In this document: positions 31,202 to 41,411 of the stretch, piece by piece | How positions within the stretch are numbered: position 1 is the first letter of the stretch | Layout of the letters: each line of letters starts with the position of its first letter | NCBI GenBank assembly: GCA_918797485.1 | Contig: CAKKNE010000002.1 | Coordinates: 1,116,001-1,180,000 of the forward strand | DNA: 64,000 nucleotides | DNA from: Pelagomonas calceolata | Taxonomy: Eukaryota | Reading direction: 5' to 3' | Program-made: the position numbers and the translations under genes | The notes under the pieces: generated by a model | What the model was told of the DNA's origin: nothing | What the model saw: only the letters and a program-made list of their open reading frames with translations | Databases searched by the model: none

Positions 31202-34200
31202 ATGGCCGAGACCGCAAACGTCACGCCCGAGCCCACCGAGGACTCTCTGATGGGCTCGGCCGTGGCCAAGAAGTTCCCCGGCTTCGGCAAGGAGCTCTGG
31301 GACGGCGAAATCGTCGACGGCCCCGATCCTAAAGGAAGGTGGTGCGTCTACTGGGCGCGCGACGATTCTACAACGTGGCACTCGCGGTCCATGCTCGAGA
31401 AGATCCTGACGCGGCGCGGGCCCGCGGCGGACGACGACGCGCCGGCGGCCGCGGAGCCCGCGGCCGCCGCCGCCGCCGCGACGACGGCGATGCCGCCCTT
31501 ACCTCCCGCGACGCCGAGCGAGGCCATGCCTCCGTTACCGCCGCCGACGCCCACCGAAGAGGCATCGCTACAACAGCCACCGAAGAAGAAGGCGCCCTAC
31601 AAGTGCTCGACGTGCGGTCCGCGCCCGGCGTCCTCGTATCGTCGGCGCGACGGCGTGGACGTTGCGCGCCGTCGACGCGACACTGTAACTCACCGGTCGC
31701 TCGCGCCGCGCAGGCCAGGCCAAGAAGAGCGACTGCGTCTGCCCCAAGAAACCGGCGCCGCGCGGCAAGAAGAAGAGCAAATTACCAAAGACGGACGAGC
31801 CGCTCGAGGCCATCGAGTCGCGGTTTCTGGGCGAGGACGAGGACCAGCGCGAGCTCGAGGCCTGCCGCGAGCGCAAGGGCGCGCTCGACGAGGAGGCCGA
31901 AAGATTAAGAAGGGAGCTCGCGGAGACGCGTGCGGCGCAAGCGGCGGCGGCGCCCGCGCCGTCCCCAGAAAAGAAGAAGCCCAAGAAGCGACCGCCGAAG
32001 AAGGCTTTTGAAGTAGGTTCAATTGTGGACGCGGATTGTAAGGCCTTCGGCCCCCAGTACGTGGAAGCAGCGCGCAACGGCGGTCCCAAGAAATTTAGAG
32101 GAGTGATCGTCGCGACGCCGCCCAATAGTGACCACTGGAACGTCGAGTACGACGACGACGGCGAGACCTTCGCGACGGAGTCAAAACATTTGACGCTAGT
32201 AAGTGAACCGACGAAGAAGAAGGCGAAGCCGAACGAGGTCTGCGTCGTCTGCGGGCTACCGACAGTTGATGAAGACGGCCGGCCCCAGGACGACGTTATA
32301 TTGTGTGCGGATGACGTTTCTCACGAGTGCCACCTCAAGTGCTCGGGCATCACGGCAGGAAGCGCAAATTCTATGAATTGGCGCTGCCCGCGGTGCGACA
32401 TCAAGAAGTGCCAGGAACTTTCTCTGCAAGAAAACGACCTCACGAGCCCCTGGGTCGGTTTGGAAGCTCACAGACTAGTGAGAGAATTAGTAAAAGGTCT
32501 ACAGAGAGAGTACAAGCAACTCCTGGTGTCGGGCCAGCGCATCGACGAGAACACGCACGACGTTACCTTATCACATGCCGACGCGTGTGAGTTGTACGGC
32601 AAAGCCGTGTTCTGGGAGGGGGCCTCGGCCGACCTGACGGCGCGGGGTCGGCGACGCAGAGCAGAAACGACCTTGAACTTGACGTGGTCGCGGCGATGGC
32701 GTCTTCGCGAGACCACGCCGCCTCGACGCCGTCGACGTGGCCGTCCGAGAGTCTACGGGTCTCGTGACGACGGCGTCGTTCCACGCAGGCGGCCTCCTCT
32801 ACTCGCAGCTCGAGGTCGGCGAGGCGGAAGATTGGCGGCGCAAGCCCCGGTCGATATCGCTATTCCCGTCGGGGCGGGTCGTGAAGACGGTAGAATATTT
32901 GGAGGACCAGTTTAGAGGAAGGATCCAGAAGGCCTGTTCATCGTTCTATCCCGATCAGGCGCCACCTTTACCGATTGACCAGGCGGCCAATATCTTAGTA
33001 CAAAGATGGTTGGATACCTGTGAAGAGGCGACGCGGCAGGTCGATGATCGGAGGAAGCGCGTCACGGCGGAACTAGGATCGTCGGTGCGCGATGATCAAG
33101 CGTGGGGCGTCCGGTTAGCTTATTTGGCGGACACGGCCTCGGACCACGGCGCGGCTCTCAGAGGCGGCGCCGGCGTGTCGAATGGTCGAGGCGACGTCTT
33201 GGCGACGCTGGATGACGGCCCGTTCCGCGTCGCGGAGGTCTACTGCGCGAAGGACTCCGCCATAAGGTTACCGATTCGGGCGGACGTCTTGGAACGGTTG
33301 CTGAAGCGGTTTCGGCGGGCCCAGGACGCGGCCGACGAGGCCATCGGCAAAGAGAAAGAACAGAAGAAGACCGTCACAGCGGTTCAGGAACCGCTGGTCC
33401 AGAAGGCCGGCCGCATCCCCAAGAAGCGGAAGCGCACGCAGACCTCCGAAGAACATACCGCAAGGCCGCCCCACTTCCTATCTCATGTGTATTCGATGCT
33501 CCTACGATATGACGATCTCTCGGGAGAAGCGGGGCAGCACGGCGCGATCCCGCCGCAAGTGTTTGACGTCCTCAGGAAGTGGGGCTGCGCGCACGAGTGC
33601 TGCGCGACGCCGTTCAACGCCACTCTGGACTCGTACGGTTCGCCGTTCCTGGACACGGACGGCGTCTTTGGATCCGCGGGCAGCTTCTTCGCCTTCGAGC
33701 CCGTCTTTTGCCTGTGCGGAAATCAACCAGTGAGTCGATGGCGTCCTGAAATATGATTTGCACACAGGACGAGGGCTGCTTCGAGATCAACCCGCCCTTT
33801 ACATTAAGTGGCAACCACGTGAGCGACCACATGGGCCGCATCTTACAACGAGCGGAGGATTCAAGGAAGCCCCTGACCTTCGTCATGGTCCACGCGGCGC
33901 CGCACGCGCGCGTCGCGCGCGAGGCGGGGTTGCAGCGATTCGTCCGCGAGGAAGTGAGGTTGGAGGGCGGGCGGCACTACTACCTCGAGGGCAACTTCTA
34001 CCAGCGGGCGCAGCCGCGGGCCTACGTGCCGCCCTTTCCTTCTGTTGTATTATTCTTCTCAACCACCGAAGGGAGTAAACGGTGGCCCGTCACGCGGAGT
34101 TTGGTGGATGATATTAAAAAGGCTTTCGCGTGGCCGCGTGTTAAGTCAAAACCGGCGCGGCCCTCGGCGATGCTGCCGGTGCCGTCGCGGCCCTCCATTA

Positions 34201-34355
34201 AACCGCCGGACGTGCCGTCGTGGCCGGCGCCTGCACCGGCGCCGGCGCCGCCGGCGCGGCCCGATGCGGTGTGGCCCGCGGCCGAGCCGGCGATCGACCC
34301 CGCCTCAACGACGCATGAAATGGCGCCGGGCGGGTGGCAGACGGTAATGATGTAA
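31202..34355 (+). CDS. Tudor-like / Zn-knuckle / PHD / PCIF1-type N6-adenine methyltransferase domain protein, 4 exons, about 949 aa
   Basis: Introns at 31617-31713, about 32647-32788 and 33703-33767 give one frame. PHD (CVVC...ILC...HLKC...WRCPRC). PCIF1-like MLLRY, ECCATPFN, DTDGVFGSAGSFF and FEINPPF. Confidence 0.8.
33712..33767. mobile_element. Decayed introner within intron 33703-33767
   Basis: Imperfect TIR CTGTGCGGAAATCA...TGATTTGCACACAG. The TSD is no longer recognisable. Confidence 0.75.
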
Positions 34356-34391
34356 AAAGGAATATTAACTTACACAAACACATCCGCTGGC

Positions 34392-34922
34392 TCAGTCCTC
34401 GCTCAGGAACCGCTCCGCGAGGCGCGCGTCCGAGTCTCGGTAGCTCCTCTTCCCGGCAATGTTGTACCGGTTGTTTGCGATCGTGTCATAAGCAGCATCC
34501 GCAATAGCACGGGGGACGACGCCCTGCGCGATGGTCGCGAGCGGCGTCGTTAAGCTGAGTTGCTTGCCGATCTCGAGCACGGCCTCGCTCTTGATGAACG
34601 CCTTCTCGGGGGTAACTAGTACTATTGACGAGATATCGTCCGGCTTGCGGCCCGACCGCTCGAGCAGCCGACGGCCCGCGGGCGACTGGAGCGCGGCAAA
34701 CCTCAGCTTCGCCGTCGGGTCGTTGTCGAGCACCCAGTTGACCCAGAAGTTGCACATTCTACACACGCCGTCGTAGAGGACTATCGGAGCCCGGTTCTCC
34801 GCGAAGGGGTCGGCCGCCGCTGCACGACGCGTCGACGCGGCGCGGTTCACAGGCGCGACTGCGGGTCGCAGCGACGCGGTACGTGCGAGCACGGAGAGGA
34901 GTCCGATGCGCATCATTGCCAT
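34392..34922 (-). CDS. DCC1-like thiol-disulfide oxidoreductase (DUF393)
   Basis: IVLYDGVCRMCN (DxxCxxC), LRFAALQS, IANNRY, with an N-terminal targeting peptide. Confidence 0.9.
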   Translation of the reverse strand: MAMMRIGLLSVLARTASLRPAVAPVNRAASTRRAAAADPFAENRAPIVLYDGVCRMCNFWVNWVLDNDPTAKLRFAALQSPAGRRLLERSGRKPDDISSIVLVTPEKAFIKSEAVLEIGKQLSLTTPLATIAQGVVPRAIADAAYDTIANNRYNIAGKRSYRDSDARLAERFLSED

Positions 34923-35081
34923 CTAGCTGTCAGAGTGGTCTTGCTGCGCAAGCGACAGCTGCGGCAAGATTGTTGCTTGTAAAACGTGTGCAGTAGTTGG
35001 AATGTCTCTGAAAGCGAATAGATTGTCACAAATAGTCCCACAGCAAAGGCGTGGCAGCGCGATGAGTTGGCAGCGGCTCGG

Positions 35082-35107
35082 GCTAGCGTACAGTAAGACA
35101 CTAGAAA
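35082..35107 (+). promoter_or_regulatory. Recurrent upstream motif, copy
   Basis: GCTAGCGTACAGTAAGACACTAGAAA between divergent genes. Confidence 0.6.
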
Positions 35108-35249
35108 ACAAAAAAGCTCGGCGCGCAGCGGCTAATTCGTAACAGAGGCTGCCTCCCCGGCTCGGCTTGCAGCTCCGCGGGCGGCACAACACGAGACTCG
35201 CCAGACGCCATCGCTGCGAGGCTGCCCAGCCGGCCAAAAAAAAGGCAGC

Positions 35250-36827
35250 ATGGCAGCACAAGCGGCCGACGCCAACGAGCAAAACGACCAGCTCCGCAAA
35301 GCGGTAGAGCAGGCCCTCGCCGCGTCCTTCGTCGCGAGGAGAGCCAAGGCCGACGTGGCGAAGGACCTACTGAACAAGGACCGGCCGCCGACGGCCGACG
35401 ACATAAGGCAAGCGCTCGAGGACGGGGGCTGGGCGAAGGAATTAAGGATCAAGGTCCACGAGCTCCACAAGCAGGCTACTACGGAAAAGATTCTCGGGAA
35501 GGACTCTCTAGCTTCCGTGCAGAAAGCCAGAAAACAGTGGGAGGCGTCGATCAATGATGAGTTGCGGGCCATCGCGTCGGAGAGGCGAGTACCGTTAGTG
35601 AGAAAAAGGAAGAAAATTGTCATAAAAAAAAAGGAGGAAGAGACCGACGAATTAATAGAAATGAAGGTCGAGGAGATCCTGTCGCCGACCCTTGTGACGC
35701 CTGGTACGCGGTTCTTGTTCGACAGTGATGATCTGTTGGACGCGATATCACATATAGAATCACCAAGTAACAACGAGGGCTGGGGCCTCGTCAAACTACA
35801 ACTCAGAACAGCGACACTCACAGAACTCCGTGACAAGTACAAGGAGCTCCACCCCTCAAAAAGGCAGTATGGTGTGGATGACGTCACAGGCGATCCAAGG
35901 GATAAAGCGAAGTTCGCGGACGCCTGGCATGAGTTAGGAGAGAAATGTCTCGCTGAAGGACATATACCACTCGCGAGGACGTATGCGAGACGAGGCGTGC
36001 CTCCGTCCCTACGGCCGGCCGTCTACCGTTCTCTGTTAGGCCTACCACACATGGAGGATGCCCAGGCGACGTCAGCCTTCGAGGAGAGGTACTACGAAGA
36101 TCTGAGGGACAGAGTAGATTCAATAGAACTGGTCACAGACGAATTGTATCAAATGGACGTCCAACACGTGGCTGACGACGATACCTACTTTATATTTGAC
36201 GAGATGCTCGGCAATTGTGTGTTAGCGTTTTCTAGGGATTCTTGGGTGCCCAAGAACTGTGTCGTGAAGACGCACGCACCACTCCCATGCGAGAACGACC
36301 TGATGAAGGGGCAGCCGGTGCCGCCGTGCGGCGTCCAGCCCTTTCGAGGGTTTGTGTCGTATGCAGCACCTTTGACCTTCGTGTTCGGCCGAGAAACATC
36401 GCTCTATTTCGCGTTTCGAGCCTTCTACGCCCAGCACTTTTGCCGACTGAACGTCTTGCGGACGAATCAAAATACGCTGCTCCCGCTCTGTGCGTTGTTC
36501 GAACGATTGGTGATCGAGCACCACCCTCGGTTATTCTTCTACTTGGTCCAGGTCGGCGTGGACCCGTTGGCCATCGCTCTACCTTGGATACAATTTGGGT
36601 TCGTCGGCCTGCTAGACGTCGAGCAAGTATTACTACTGTGGGACCGGTTGTTGGGATTCGAGGATTTGGCCTTGTTGTCGGTGCTAGCGGCGGCGATCTT
36701 CGTTTATAGGAGCGAGAAGCTGCTCCAGTGCTCTTCATTGGAAGAAGCTAGGGAGATGTTCGCGGACGGCGCGGTCCTCGAGGTCGTGCCGCTGCTGCAG
36801 ACGTTCCTGTGGCCCGAGGGGTTGTAA
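35250..36827 (+). CDS. TBC1D19: TBC1 domain family member 19-like Rab-GAP
   Basis: RRGVPPSLRPAVY, DDDTYFIFDE, FSRDSWV, PPCGVQPFRGF..YAAPL, LLLWDRLLG. Confidence 0.8.
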   Translation: MAAQAADANEQNDQLRKAVEQALAASFVARRAKADVAKDLLNKDRPPTADDIRQALEDGGWAKELRIKVHELHKQATTEKILGKDSLASVQKARKQWEASINDELRAIASERRVPLVRKRKKIVIKKKEEETDELIEMKVEEILSPTLVTPGTRFLFDSDDLLDAISHIESPSNNEGWGLVKLQLRTATLTELRDKYKELHPSKRQYGVDDVTGDPRDKAKFADAWHELGEKCLAEGHIPLARTYARRGVPPSLRPAVYRSLLGLPHMEDAQATSAFEERYYEDLRDRVDSIELVTDELYQMDVQHVADDDTYFIFDEMLGNCVLAFSRDSWVPKNCVVKTHAPLPCENDLMKGQPVPPCGVQPFRGFVSYAAPLTFVFGRETSLYFAFRAFYAQHFCRLNVLRTNQNTLLPLCALFERLVIEHHPRLFFYLVQVGVDPLAIALPWIQFGFVGLLDVEQVLLLWDRLLGFEDLALLSVLAAAIFVYRSEKLLQCSSLEEAREMFADGAVLEVVPLLQTFLWPEGL

Positions 36828-36908
36828 CTTATCACGTCTAGTACTATGGTCTAGTTGTTGGGGCGGGCCTGAGTCGCCTGACCCGGTGCCTGGGTACATT
36901 AGAACATA

Positions 36909-38060
36909 TTATACATGAGTCTCGACGGCCTGTTCCTCGGCGACGGCGCGCTCGACGATGGGCCTAGCAGACGTCCGCCGCTCTTCTTCCTCAACCGACC
37001 TGCGATACGTGAGCCACCGCGCGATCGCCGACGCCTCCTCGTCCGTCTCCGACGAGTCGCTCACGCCGTCGCCCGGCGCCGCGCCGTTTGTATGACGCAC
37101 CGTTGGTCTATCGGGCGACGTGTGGCGCCGTCCCAATTCCTCGGACGGCGTCGGCGCCGGCGCCCAGCCCCGCCCCAGCGCGAAGGGCCCCACGTCGACG
37201 GACCAGCGCGGCGGCCGCCGGTCGGACGCGTCCGAGTCGAAGGAGTCGTCCGTCTCCGCGCGCTCGCCGTCGTCGGTCGTGCCCGTCTGCTGCGACGACG
37301 CGTCCGACGCGGCGTCGTCGACATCGACGGCGACCGAGGGCTTGACCCTTTGAGACGGCGCCTGCGATGCGCCGAAGAGCGAGAACTCCGTCGCCCCCCG
37401 CACGGACGCGGCCAGGCCGTTGACCCACGCGGGGATGGGCCCCACGCCCAACGAGCGACACAACGCATCGCAAAAGTGGCAGCAGTTGCGCTGCAGCAAG
37501 GCGTAGGCGTCGCCCGGCCACGTCGCCACGAGCCGCGCGAGCCTTCTCTCAATAATGCGCGCGTCGGACGGCGCGCGGCCCATGGGGATGGCCTGCCGAA
37601 ACTTCGCGCCGCACGCGTCCCGCGGCTCGCAGGCGAAGACGCCCGTGCCCTCCTCGCAGTAGCCATAACTGTACTCTACACCTGCTACTTCGACGCCCGC
37701 GTGGAATAAGCCGACGTCCCAGGACCGCATGAGCGTGCGGTTCAGCGATGCTAACGTACCCGTAAGATCCGTGCCGCCGACGTTCGAGAGGTCGTAGACG
37801 TTCAGGTAGACCGTGGGCCCGGCGCCGCGTCGCCGGTTCGACTGCGCCGCGGCGACGCGCGCGGCGGCGCCGGCCGTCCAGCTCTCAGCCTGGGCGAGGT
37901 GGTCGACGGACGCCGGCGACAGCTGCTGCGCCGGCGCGCGCTCGGGCCACCACTGGCCGCGCGGCGAGGGTGGCCGGCTGGAGCTGGCTGTGCTGCCTGA
38001 GTCGCTTACGTCCTCGTCCTCGGCCATGCTGGTCCCGCGCGCAGGTCTTGGCGGCTGCAA
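36909..38060 (-). CDS. PPPDE/DeSI-family peptidase
   Basis: VYLNVYDL, FHAGVEVAGVEYSYG and YALLQRNCCHF (His/Cys dyad). Start may instead be the ATG of MAEDED. Confidence 0.9.
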   Translation of the reverse strand: MQPPRPARGTSMAEDEDVSDSGSTASSSRPPSPRGQWWPERAPAQQLSPASVDHLAQAESWTAGAAARVAAAQSNRRRGAGPTVYLNVYDLSNVGGTDLTGTLASLNRTLMRSWDVGLFHAGVEVAGVEYSYGYCEEGTGVFACEPRDACGAKFRQAIPMGRAPSDARIIERRLARLVATWPGDAYALLQRNCCHFCDALCRSLGVGPIPAWVNGLAASVRGATEFSLFGASQAPSQRVKPSVAVDVDDAASDASSQQTGTTDDGERAETDDSFDSDASDRRPPRWSVDVGPFALGRGWAPAPTPSEELGRRHTSPDRPTVRHTNGAAPGDGVSDSSETDEEASAIARWLTYRRSVEEEERRTSARPIVERAVAEEQAVETHV

Positions 38061-38134
38061 GGCCTTCTTGTCAGATCCAGCGCGATTGGTGCCACAGCGC
38101 GAGCGCTACGCCTGCGACTGATTTTTCATGCAGG

Positions 38135-38159
38135 TTGCTAGTGTCTTACAGGCCGCTAG
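38135..38159 (-). promoter_or_regulatory. Recurrent upstream motif, copy
   Basis: Reverse complement reads CTAGCGGCCTGTAAGACACTAGCAA, upstream of the PPPDE gene. Confidence 0.6.
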
Positions 38160-38230
38160 GTCGTATCAAACAGCTGTACAAGGCCATTGCCGACCAAGCT
38201 TTCTGAGTTTTTTTATCCGGTGTCGTCGAA

Positions 38231-38271
38231 TGGGGTGGGGTGGGGTGGGGTGGGGTGGGGAGGAGGAGGAG
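38231..38271 (+). repeat. (TGGGG)6 plus (AGG)n microsatellite, G-quadruplex-capable
   Basis: Read directly from the sequence. Confidence 0.9.
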
Positions 38272-38604
38272 TTAGGCTAAGAGGGTCATGACACCGCCGA
38301 CGACGAGGGCCACCGCGACTCGTCCGCCTCGCCGCGGCGCCGCGTCCGTCCCTGGAGTCGGCGCGGGCGTCGAGTCGCAGCCGCCGTCCTCCGTTTTGAA
38401 CTGGCCTTGCGCGACGCCGCACGACGTCGACTCGCACAGGGTGTCGTCGAACGCCTGGTCGAAGTCGTCAGAGTCGTCGTCTACCACGTCGCCGCCTACG
38501 CACCAGCCGAGGGTCTGGTTAAAGGCCGAGGCGCCGTAGAACATCCGCCACATGCTCGTGACGCTCTGGATCGTCCAATTACCGATGTCCTGGTTGAACG
38601 CCGA
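38272..38604 (-). pseudogene. BspA-like/DUF285 repeat surface protein, 3' fragment
   Basis: [34 protein letters not shown] repeats and a C-terminal hydrophobic anchor. The 5' part is missing. Confidence 0.75.
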
Positions 38605-38606
38605 TA

Positions 38607-38909
38607 AAGCGCTCTGAAGAAGCCAAGGTACTGTTGTGCAAGATTATGCCTGTCGCGCGACGCGTTCTCGGAGAGAGTCACGAACTCACGCTCACGATGA
38701 GGTGGAATTACGCGCGGGCGCTCTACCAAGACGACGACGCCACGCTCGGAGATCTGTGCGAGGCGGTGACGACGCTCGAGGAATCGGAACGGACCGCGCG
38801 GCGCGTGTTCGGCCGCGCGCACCCGCTCACAGTGGACATTGCCTCTTGCCTGCTAGACGTGTACAAAATCCTCCGCGCCCGCGAGACGCCGTCGCCGGGG
38901 GCGGCGTAA
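38607..38909 (+). pseudogene. C-terminal TPR fragment of the MYND-RING-TPR family
   Basis: [22 protein letters not shown]...ARRVFGRAHPLT, alignable at DNA level with 4738-5029. Confidence 0.75.
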
Positions 38910-38935
38910 ACTAAGCAATCCACCATTACCCCAGA

Positions 38936-40363
38936 CTACCAAGGCAGCCGCAGCTCCTCGTTCTCCCGCCGCAAGCCAGCGTTCTCGCGCAGCAGCTCCG
39001 CGATCCGCGCTTCGTGCGCCTCGAGCAGCGCCGCCACCTCGGACTTCTGGATCTGGAACTGGCGCAGGACGTCGACGTGGAGGTTCTGGATCGACGCCCG
39101 GAGCTCGTCCGCGACGTCGTCCAGGGCCTCGTAGAACGCGGGCGGCGCCGGCGCGGGCGAGACGGCCACGGGCGCCTTATCCGGCGATTTCTGCTGCTTC
39201 TCGCGGTAGAGGCGCGCCGGCGACGGCGGCGGCGGCGGCGCCTCGGGCTCGACCGCGGGCAGCGGCGGCGGCGCAACTACGCGGCGCGGCGAGGCGACGG
39301 GCGACCGCGGCGGCGTCGCCTTGGGCGTCGCCTGGCGCGGCGGCGTGGCCACGCGCGGCGGCGTCGCCTGACGCGGCGGCGTCGCCTGGCGCGGCGGCGT
39401 CGCCGCGCGCTGCGGCGACGCCGCGATGCGCGGCCGCGGCGGCGCGGCATCGACGAACTGCAGCGACCGCACGGCGCCGTCGTGCGCGTCGACATGCGAC
39501 ACGGGCGCCGCCGTCGACCGCAGGTCGTAGGCCACGAGCCGCCCGTCGTCCGCCCCAACCACCACGACGCGCTCCGTTGCGAAGGCTAAAGAAGTACACC
39601 GCCCACCGACATCCAACGCCTTCACGCACACGCCTCTATCGGCGTCCCAGAAGGCCACGGCGCCGTCCGCGCGCGCCGCGGCCAGAAATTTGGCGTTTAC
39701 GGGACTGAAGGCCAGTCCCAACAGATCCGTCGTCGCGCGCCCGCCCCCGAGCTTCGCGAGCTTCTGCGACCGGTCGACGTCCCATAATCGCAATGAGCCG
39801 TCTCCATGGAGCGCGCCCAAATGGTGGGGCCGCAGCGGCGAGTACTCCAGAGTTGTAATGGGTGGTTGGCTGCTTTCAGCTAGTAACGCGAGGAGCTGCC
39901 TGGAGCGGACCTTATGTATTAAAACCTCGCCTTGGGCGTTGCCGGACGCGACGCAGGTTGAGGTGGAGTCGAACCTGCATGCTGTTATAGATGAGCCGTG
40001 ATCTTCTAAAGTTCGTACGATTCGTCTCCTTTTACAGTCCCAGACGTCCAGTAAGCCGCCCTCGCCGCCGACGCAGACTAATCGAGATGACTGGTCGAAG
40101 TCGCAACATTGTAGAAGCCCGCGCGGCGCGCCCTCTTCATTATTCCCCAATCGTAGCGCCACGGTGGCGTCCCTCGTCGCACAGAGCGCGACGTCGACGC
40201 CGCAGCTCACGATGGCCTCGCCGGAGCTCGACAGGCGCGCGGCGGTCGCCGTCTCGTGCGTAGTCACGCGGCAAATGGATTCTTCTCCCACTCCACTCCC
40301 GCTCGCGGTCCAGGCGGCGACGACGCCACCGCTGCTTTGTGAGGTTGCGGCGGAGAGGAGCAT
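38936..40363 (-). CDS. NEDD1: NEDD1/GCP-WD-like WD40 protein
   Basis: N-terminal WD40 repeats, a RQATPP linker, and C-terminal IQNLHVDVLRQF...LRRENEELR. Confidence 0.85.
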   Translation of the reverse strand: MLLSAATSQSSGGVVAAWTASGSGVGEESICRVTTHETATAARLSSSGEAIVSCGVDVALCATRDATVALRLGNNEEGAPRGLLQCCDFDQSSRLVCVGGEGGLLDVWDCKRRRIVRTLEDHGSSITACRFDSTSTCVASGNAQGEVLIHKVRSRQLLALLAESSQPPITTLEYSPLRPHHLGALHGDGSLRLWDVDRSQKLAKLGGGRATTDLLGLAFSPVNAKFLAAARADGAVAFWDADRGVCVKALDVGGRCTSLAFATERVVVVGADDGRLVAYDLRSTAAPVSHVDAHDGAVRSLQFVDAAPPRPRIAASPQRAATPPRQATPPRQATPPRVATPPRQATPKATPPRSPVASPRRVVAPPPLPAVEPEAPPPPPSPARLYREKQQKSPDKAPVAVSPAPAPPAFYEALDDVADELRASIQNLHVDVLRQFQIQKSEVAALLEAHEARIAELLRENAGLRRENEELRLPW

Positions 40364-40562
40364 TGTGGCTTCGCGCGATGTCTATGGCGGCCAGCGGTCC
40401 CGCGCGCCACAGAGCAATGGGTGCTGTACTTAAATTTGAGCGGCTCAGCGGTGAAGGCCGGAGTCTGAGCGGCTGGCGTGGGTGTAAAACTAAGCTATAG
40501 CACCGTAGTCTTGCACCGAGGCTGCTTCTACGCGCAAAAAAGCTTTGGGCGCGGCGCGGCTG

Positions 40563-40588
40563 GCTAGCGTCGTGTAAGACACTAGCAA
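40563..40588 (+). promoter_or_regulatory. Recurrent upstream motif, copy
   Basis: GCTAGCGTCGTGTAAGACACTAGCAA. Confidence 0.6.
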
Positions 40589-40846
40589 TCACGGCTGAGA
40601 CTGCAGCATAGCGCCTACTCGACTTGCGTGAGCGTGTAGCAGCCGCTGCGACGCGTACTTGAACTCTACTGACCAGTGGTGACGCTTGACTGCTGCGCTT
40701 CGTCCCGCGGGCCACTGGGAGAGAGCTGCACAGCCTTGCAGCAAGCTGCATCGCTCGCACGAACACGTACCGCGAGAGCAAGCCGTCGCCGGCCACCGCG
40801 ACGACCGGCATACTGCGCCACAACAGACACAAAAGGCTTCGTCGCG

Positions 40847-41095
40847 ATGAGCGCCGCGCCGTCGGTCCGCGCCGCGGAGTCGCACCGCGGAGGAGGCGAG
40901 GCCGAGGCGCCCGAGCTCAGCGTGTCATCGTCGGAGCCCGTCTCGGCGAAGCAGGCCGAGAAGGCCATTACGACCTTCCTGGCGGCGACGCCGGGCCTCG
41001 GCGCCGACACGGCCGCGCAGCTCCGCGACGCGCGGGACGCCATGCGCGCCGAGCGGAAGCTCCTCGATTCTGTGGCGAAGGGTGGTAAATCATGA
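40847..41095 (+). CDS. Small hypothetical protein (82 aa)
   Basis: ATG at 40847 to TGA at 41095, host-like codon usage, preceded by a motif copy. Confidence 0.5.
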   Translation: MSAAPSVRAAESHRGGGEAEAPELSVSSSEPVSAKQAEKAITTFLAATPGLGADTAAQLRDARDAMRAERKLLDSVAKGGKS

Positions 41096-41124
41096 CTCTA
41101 TTGTGAACGCTCCCTTTTCGCATA

Positions 41125-41150
41125 GCTAGCGGTATGTAAGACACTAGCAA
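41125..41150 (+). promoter_or_regulatory. Recurrent upstream motif, copy
   Basis: GCTAGCGGTATGTAAGACACTAGCAA upstream of IDI-SQS. Confidence 0.6.
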
Positions 41151-41411
41151 AGCCAAAAAGCCACGCATCCCGCAGCCGCAGGATTCACCCGCTTGCCGAG
41201 CCTGCCATTGCTCGTATCGGTGCCTGGCAAAGCACAGCTGGCCACAGCACACGCAGCTGCTAGCAAGGCGTGCAATTGAGGCGCCATCGCTGCCTAGCTT
41301 GCAAGCTACCTAGCAAAAGCAGCAGCGAGACGCCATCGCAGCAAGACGAGACGCGTTTTATTCATCGTCCTCGGCGTCGCGGCGACCCCATCACCACGCA
41401 ACCACAGAACC

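Noticed and set aside
35082..35107. Recurrent motif interpreted as a Helitron 3' end (CTAG)
   Set aside because: There is no GC-rich subterminal hairpin, CTAG is usually not followed by T, and upstream sequence is not shared between copies.
39290..39420. Tandem 18-bp repeats in the NEDD1 gene
   Set aside because: They encode a low-complexity RQATPP linker and are an ordinary coding minisatellite.
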